DNA from: Opitutales bacterium
GTDB lineage: Bacteria > Verrucomicrobiota > Verrucomicrobiia > Opitutales > JABSRG01
Direction of reading: 5' to 3'
Assembly (NCBI GenBank): GCA_049599475.1
Contig: JBMYOQ010000008.1
Coordinates: 1-64,000, forward strand
Length of the DNA: 64,000 nucleotides
In this document: positions 58,693 to 64,000 of the stretch, piece after piece
Layout: each line of letters begins with the position of its first letter
Numbering within the stretch: position 1 is the first letter of the stretch
Notes under the pieces: model-generated
Databases searched by the model: none
Told to the model about the DNA's origin: nothing
The model's input: the letters and a program-made list of their open reading frames with translations, nothing else
Program-made: the position numbers and the translations under genes

Positions 58693-59667
58693 TTAGATGA
58701 TCGAGAGCACTTCCTTGATTACGTTCTTCGTGGAAGGGATCTGGAGTTTTTCGAGAGGCATTGAATAAATTTGTGGCGCGTCGAGAGCAGAAACACGCTT
58801 GATCGGAGCGTCCAAGTAATCGAAGGCTCTCTCTTGGATCAAGTAAGCGATCTGGGCGTCGACTCCGCAGAACGGCTTATTTTCCTCTACGAGCACGGCC
58901 TTGCTGGTCTTTTTGACCGACTCAATGATCGCATCTTCGTCGAGTGGGCGAATCGAGCGCAGGTCGAGGACCTCAGCTTCAATTTCGTATTCCTCTTCGA
59001 GAATCTTTGCGGCTTCGAGACAGGTGATGACTGCACCTCCGTGGCAGACGAGCGTCACGTCTGTGCCCTCGCGTTTGACGTCTGCTTTGCCCAGAGGAAC
59101 GATATAATCTTCCTCAGGCACTTCCCACTCCATCCCGTAAAGGACGGTAGATTCCATGAAGAAGACTGGGTCATTATCGCGGATTGCGGCCTTCATCATG
59201 CCCTTGGCATCGTAGGCTGTTGCCGGGTATACGACCTTTAGGCCAGGAAAGTTAGCTGCGCTATTCTCGGGTGTGTGTGAGTGTGTCGCGCCGACGTTGG
59301 TGCCGCCGTTTGCGGGTCCGCGAATTACGATAGGGCAGTTGATCTGGCCCCCGGACATGTATCGCACCGCTGCAGCGTTGTTGACCATTTGGTCCCAGGC
59401 TACGTAGGCAAACGAGTAGAACATCAACTCAATGACTGGACGGATGCCGAGCATCGAGGCGCCAATGCCCATTCCGATAAAACCTGCCTCGGAAATAGGG
59501 GTATCGACGACACGCTTGTCGCCATACTTGGACCACAGTCCTTCGGTCACTTTGTAGGCTCCGTTGTACTGAGCTACCTCTTCGCCCATGAGGACTACGT
59601 TTTCATCGCGTTCGATCTCTTCTGCGAACGCATCATTGAGTGCTTGTCGGTATGTAATGGCCGGCAT
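58693..59667 (-). CDS. pdhB: Pyruvate dehydrogenase E1 beta subunit
   Basis: GEEVAQYNGAYKVT, DTPISE, RGPANG, DLRSIRPLD. Confidence 0.95.
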   Translation of the reverse strand: MPAITYRQALNDAFAEEIERDENVVLMGEEVAQYNGAYKVTEGLWSKYGDKRVVDTPISEAGFIGMGIGASMLGIRPVIELMFYSFAYVAWDQMVNNAAAVRYMSGGQINCPIVIRGPANGGTNVGATHSHTPENSAANFPGLKVVYPATAYDAKGMMKAAIRDNDPVFFMESTVLYGMEWEVPEEDYIVPLGKADVKREGTDVTLVCHGGAVITCLEAAKILEEEYEIEAEVLDLRSIRPLDEDAIIESVKKTSKAVLVEENKPFCGVDAQIAYLIQERAFDYLDAPIKRVSALDAPQIYSMPLEKLQIPSTKNVIKEVLSII

Positions 59668-59682
59668 GGTAAAAATCTAAAA

Positions 59683-60783
59683 TTAGCCCTCGATAGAGTT
59701 GAAGAAGTGTGTGCCTGTGCTTCCCGCTTCGGTTTTGTTGTCCACTTCCCAGTAGACGTCCGAGAAAATTTCTTCTGCAGGAGGGAAGGGGCTGGCTTCA
59801 GCAAATTCGACAGAGGCTTTGGCTTCTTCCTTGGCTGCCTTCTTGATTTCCTTCGCGGATTCTTCAGTTAGGACGCCCTCTTTGATGAGGATATTTTGAA
59901 ACAGGTTGATCGGGTCGTGATTCTTTTTGTAGTTCTCGATCTCTTCCTTGGAGCGATACTTTTGGTGATTCGCGTCGGCGATTGAGTGACCGTAGTAACG
60001 GTAGGTTTGGATCTCTAGAAGCGTCGGTTTGCTCTCATTGTGAGCTCGCTCGATAGCTTTCTGAGTCCCCGCGCGGACTGCGTAGATGTTGGATCCGTCG
60101 ATTACGTCCCAAGCCATGTTGTAGCCTTCTGCGCGCGCCGCTAGACCTTCTGCCGGGTGAGAAGATGAGCGCACCTGTGAGGTGCCCATTGAGTAACCGT
60201 TATTTTCAATGATGAAAATTGCTGGGAGGTCGAAGAGTGCTGCCAGGTTCAAGGATTCGTGGAAGGCTCCTTGGTTGATCGCGCCGTCGCCAAGGTAAGT
60301 CATACATGAACCCTTTTGGCCCTTGTATTTCACGCCATAAGCGAGGCCGATTCCCAGAGGAGTCTGACCACCGACGATTCCATGCCCGCCCCAATAGTTC
60401 TTATCGGGAGCGAAAAAGTGCATCGAGCCGCCCTTACCTTTGGAGCAGCCGGTATATTTTCCATACAGTTCCGCCATGCACTCGTTCATATTCATCCCGA
60501 CGGCCAAAGCGTGGCCGTGGTCGCGGTAGGCCGTGATGATGTGGTCGTGCTCACCCATTAGGGAAACGGTACCGACTGCGGTCGATTCTTGACCGATGTA
60601 AAGGTGGAGGAATCCGCCCATCTTTCCCTTTTGATAGCTTTGTAGAGCGCTCTGCTCGAAGACGCGGATACGCTCCATGTCGCGATACAATGCGATCTTT
60701 TCATCGGCGGATAGACCGGCGTTGATCGGCGCTTTCGAGAAATCCTCGGAGGATGGTTTGCGGGCGTTTTTCTTCTGACTCAC
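59683..60783 (-). CDS. pdhA: Pyruvate dehydrogenase E1 alpha subunit
   Basis: GFLHLYIGQE, GKGGSMH, GDGA.NQG..HE..N TPP motif, TYRYYGHS. Confidence 0.95.
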   Translation of the reverse strand: MSQKKNARKPSSEDFSKAPINAGLSADEKIALYRDMERIRVFEQSALQSYQKGKMGGFLHLYIGQESTAVGTVSLMGEHDHIITAYRDHGHALAVGMNMNECMAELYGKYTGCSKGKGGSMHFFAPDKNYWGGHGIVGGQTPLGIGLAYGVKYKGQKGSCMTYLGDGAINQGAFHESLNLAALFDLPAIFIIENNGYSMGTSQVRSSSHPAEGLAARAEGYNMAWDVIDGSNIYAVRAGTQKAIERAHNESKPTLLEIQTYRYYGHSIADANHQKYRSKEEIENYKKNHDPINLFQNILIKEGVLTEESAKEIKKAAKEEAKASVEFAEASPFPPAEEIFSDVYWEVDNKTEAGSTGTHFFNSIEG

Positions 60784-60845
60784 AATTTTATGTACAGCTA
60801 GGAATGCCGTTGGTGAACGGGACTGAAGGCGGAAAGTTGGGAGAA

Positions 60846-61334
60846 TCAGAGCGATTCTTCAACTACTAATTCCACATTGTTGTCAGAATCGAAGCTCGCT
60901 CGAACGGCGGTGAATCCGTCCAGGTGTCGATCGTAGAAAGGCCAAACGATCGTCTTGTCGGTCTCTGGAATGCTAATTTCGTCGATTTCTTGCCGGGTGA
61001 AAAACTGGAATGGGCCCTCGTCGATCTCCTTTGGTAGGGAATTTAGGGTGGGCTTGATTTGAAACATGAACATTAGCCAATGAGTGTTTCCCTCATAGGC
61101 CTTCTCGGCGACCATTGAGAAAAGATGCAGGTCGTTGTGGCTCAGGGTGAGTCCCAGCTCTTCGTGGGCCTCTCTAGCTGCACACTCGTAGGGAGATTCG
61201 CCGATAGCCATTTCCAATTTCCCCCCAGGGGGACTCCACAGGCCGTAGTTTGGGGCCTTGCGTCGCTGCATCATAAGGATCTTTTTTGACGAATCTTGAG
61301 CAAACAGAAGGGTGCTGATTTTGTATGGTGTCAT
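60846..61334 (-). CDS. NUDIX hydrolase
   Basis: PGGKLE...GESP.ECA.RE..EELG Nudix box. Confidence 0.88.
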   Translation of the reverse strand: MTPYKISTLLFAQDSSKKILMMQRRKAPNYGLWSPPGGKLEMAIGESPYECAAREAHEELGLTLSHNDLHLFSMVAEKAYEGNTHWLMFMFQIKPTLNSLPKEIDEGPFQFFTRQEIDEISIPETDKTIVWPFYDRHLDGFTAVRASFDSDNNVELVVEESL

Positions 61335-61419
61335 AGTTTATGCGGATCAAGCGGCGTTAATAATAGCGAGATTTTTATTGCATTAAGGTCATTTGAGACG
61401 TTAAGGCTCCCTCTTGCTT

Positions 61420-62013
61420 ATGAGATCCGTTCTACCCCTATTAGTCCTGATGGTCCTTCCGGCTGCCCTGAGAGCAGGCATTGAGATCCAGGATGTTTCA
61501 TTCAGCGAGCTCCGTAGTAAATCCATCTTAATGGCAGTAGAGCTCAAGGCCGGCCGGGAATCTGGTTCCCGAGATAAATACATCAGTGACATCAAGGTCG
61601 CGGTCTACGCGAGTTGGGGAGATCGAGGGCAGACGGATCCGGCGAGTCTGAAATTTTACCGATCCGCAGCAGAAATTGTGGCGATCGAGGTGAACGACAC
61701 CGTAACCGTTCCATTTATTCTGTCTGGAGCTGTCGCTGATCGTGATGAGCTACGTAAAGATCCTTTTGGATACTATATCGAAGTTCAAGTGGGCGGTGAG
61801 GCCGTTCCCTTTTCGCCAGAATTTGTCTCGCCCAGTATTCGCGACAACGCCAGTGCTATTCGCTCTATCAAGCAGCGTGCCGAAGGCGAGGACGGCAAGG
61901 CAAATGACGGCCTTTTCGTACCTTTTTATTTAGCCACATATGGGCTTGAAAACGCGAGTATCAGAAGCCTGCCGTTCTTCCGCAGATCTGAGATCGAATC
62001 AATTTTTGAATAA
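61420..62013 (+). CDS. Secreted protein upstream of pilM (Amuc_1102-like position)
   Basis: Signal peptide ALRA, beta-rich mature domain, same strand just upstream of pilM. Confidence 0.5.
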   Translation: MRSVLPLLVLMVLPAALRAGIEIQDVSFSELRSKSILMAVELKAGRESGSRDKYISDIKVAVYASWGDRGQTDPASLKFYRSAAEIVAIEVNDTVTVPFILSGAVADRDELRKDPFGYYIEVQVGGEAVPFSPEFVSPSIRDNASAIRSIKQRAEGEDGKANDGLFVPFYLATYGLENASIRSLPFFRRSEIESIFE

Positions 62014-62062
62014 TTAGTCTTGTCTTTAACACACTTTTAGCAGTTGGTTTTTTAAACACCCG

Positions 62063-63805
62063 ATGAGTTTCTTTACCCCACTTGTTATCCACTGCGGAGC
62101 CAGCAGTGTTTCCGTCGCTCGTTTCAGCGAAGGAGGATCCGGTAAGCGAACCTTGGAGTCGTTCGTTACGAGCGATTTGGTATATGATTTTTCCTCAGAT
62201 GAGGAGTGGTCGTTCGCAGTAGTCGAAAAGCTTAAGGAATTATCTTCGAGCGCAGGTCTTTCGGGACATCCGGCAACATTGATTTTGCCTGGTTTCCGAT
62301 TGCTCACGAAGTCTTTCAAGATTCCACACGTTGAGGAAGGGCAGCGAGCACAGATCATTGCCTTTGAGGCACAGCAAAATATTCCGTATCCGCTAACTGA
62401 AGTTGTATGGGATAGCCAAATCATCGGAGATGACGGCATTGAGACAGACTGTCTGTTTGTCGCGGCCAAAAATGACTTTATCCAAAGTCTTCTAAATCAG
62501 CTTTACGGCATCGGGATGAATGTAGTCCAAGTCACCGCTTCTTCGGTGTTGGACCACAGCGCGGTTCGATCGATTTTGGGAAGCGGTGCAGATCAGCACC
62601 TCTTGATCAATATTGGAGCGCGCGCCTCGAACCTTATTTTCATCGGGGAGAACGGATTCTTCGTGCGTAATATCGCGTTGGGCGGTAACTCCCTCACTCA
62701 GCAAATCGCAGATTCTATCGGGTTGAGTTTTGCTAAGGCCGAGGCCTTGAAGGTGAAGTTCTTCACCGGAGCTGAGTCTTTTGCTCAGGATGACCCGCAC
62801 GTTAAGATGATTTTGAACTGTGCTCAGCAGTTCATGCAGCGAATTAGCACCGAGGTTACACGTTCCACCGTGAACTATCGCAGGCAGAACAAGGGCAAAA
62901 GTGTTAGCTCAATTTTGCTTACTGGTCGCGGCTCGCTTCTGAGTGGTTTCACCGACTACCTGAAGCAGAAGCAAAAGGTGGAAGTCCAATACTTTGATCC
63001 ACTGGAATGTGTGGAGATTGCTCCGAGCGTGAACACTGCGAGCTTGGACATGGCAAAATTCCAAGTATCTGAGCTGTTCGGCTTGGTTTCTGATCTTGGA
63101 GCATCGGGCTCGACCACTATCAATCTTTTACCTCCGCACATCCAGGCAGAGCAGCGTTTCTCAAAGCAGAAACCTTTCTATCTGACCGGGGCGTTGGCTC
63201 TTGGGATTGCTGCGTTGCTACCATTCTTCTACCTCAGCTCTAAGGCTTCCGCATTGAGCGATACTGCGAAGAGTTACAAGGACGCGACACAACCGCTCCT
63301 TGCAAATCAGACGATGATCGCAGACAAGACTCTGAAAGCTGAAGAAATCGCTTCAAAGATTCAGAAAGTCGAGGGCCTCGCGGACTCGCGCTTCAATTGG
63401 GCATTCTTCTTTGCTGATGTGCAAAAGGCTTTAGACTCTGTCCGTGATGCTTGGTTGGATGAACTTACCGTTGATCGTGAGCTGAAGGAGACCTCGGTTC
63501 TGAGTCAAACAGCGTATGACGACTTTGGTAATCCTCTGAAGATTACGCAGACAACGGTAGATTATAAAGTGGTCCTCTCCGGGCGCATGCTTCTTCGAGG
63601 TGAAGATTCTAGAGTGGTCCCAGATGCAGCGATTGATCCTTCTGAGATTACCAGCCGCATCCGCAGCCTTACCCAGAGTCTAGCCGAGTCTGATTTTTTC
63701 ACCAATGTCTCTGATCCTACGATTGACTTCACTAAGCTCAACGAAGGTCTGAACCTGATCTCTTTCCAGTTAACCCTGACGGTTGATTCCGAAAAGCCAC
63801 TGTAA
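62063..63805 (+). CDS. pilM: Type IV pilus assembly protein PilM fused to a PilN-like domain (Amuc_1101-like)
   Basis: Actin-like fold (FEAQQNIPYPL.EV.WD, INIGARASN, RNIALGGNSLT, LLTGRGS), then INLLP, TM, coiled coil, AWLDEL. Confidence 0.82.
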   Translation: MSFFTPLVIHCGASSVSVARFSEGGSGKRTLESFVTSDLVYDFSSDEEWSFAVVEKLKELSSSAGLSGHPATLILPGFRLLTKSFKIPHVEEGQRAQIIAFEAQQNIPYPLTEVVWDSQIIGDDGIETDCLFVAAKNDFIQSLLNQLYGIGMNVVQVTASSVLDHSAVRSILGSGADQHLLINIGARASNLIFIGENGFFVRNIALGGNSLTQQIADSIGLSFAKAEALKVKFFTGAESFAQDDPHVKMILNCAQQFMQRISTEVTRSTVNYRRQNKGKSVSSILLTGRGSLLSGFTDYLKQKQKVEVQYFDPLECVEIAPSVNTASLDMAKFQVSELFGLVSDLGASGSTTINLLPPHIQAEQRFSKQKPFYLTGALALGIAALLPFFYLSSKASALSDTAKSYKDATQPLLANQTMIADKTLKAEEIASKIQKVEGLADSRFNWAFFFADVQKALDSVRDAWLDELTVDRELKETSVLSQTAYDDFGNPLKITQTTVDYKVVLSGRMLLRGEDSRVVPDAAIDPSEITSRIRSLTQSLAESDFFTNVSDPTIDFTKLNEGLNLISFQLTLTVDSEKPL

Positions 63806-63806
63806 T

Positions 63807-64000
63807 ATGGAATTCGCAAAAAAATATCCTGTTTTTTTGTCAATCTGCGTGTTGTCAGCAGTGATGCTGGTGTCAGGGATCGTATTGACATTTATGACAC
63901 TTGGTAAGGTGTCAAAAGCTGAGTCGAGTGTGCAAAGAGCTAAGAATCAGTTTAATGCACTTCAATCTGGTAGCCCGTCTCCGGTTTCGGAGAACATCCA
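63807..64000 (+). CDS. Partial Amuc_1100/PilO-like pilus protein, truncated by window end
   Basis: ATG 1 nt after the pilM stop: MEFAKKYPVFLSICVLSAVMLVSGIVLTF (TM), coiled coil, PSPVSEN; open to the window edge; absent from the ORF track. Confidence 0.6.
   Translation, partial: MEFAKKYPVFLSICVLSAVMLVSGIVLTFMTLGKVSKAESSVQRAKNQFNALQSGSPSPVSENI

Overview
Gene-dense 64 kb bacterial chromosomal window. Gene content (kinase-linked ECF sigma factor, SHD1-like secreted protein, Amuc_1102/1101/1100-like pilus genes, pdhABC) suggests a Verrucomicrobiota (Opitutia-like) genome; this is an inference. Housekeeping genes (rapA, purL, argC, pdhA/B/C, add, mtnN-like, pilC, pilM) are mixed with surface and signalling modules. 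The first is an ECF sigma factor plus membrane Ser/Thr kinase-WD40 pair, divergent from a ~2,740-aa adhesin with four 7-bladed FG-GAP propellers and 12 B-repeat-like spacers. The second is a PruR-like periplasmic protein coupled to a hybrid histidine kinase with a DcpA-like sensor domain, next to a ChpT-like pseudo-kinase. There is also a toxin-less TpsB/TpsA pair, a receiver-HDOD-pilC block, and a cNMP-kinase/Rdx/oppA operon whose oppA lipoprotein signal is out of frame at an A7 run. Two intergenic regions hold REP/MITE-like palindromes. No rRNA, tRNA, CRISPR array, transposase or prophage gene was recognised. All family calls come from motif recognition by eye, not database searches.
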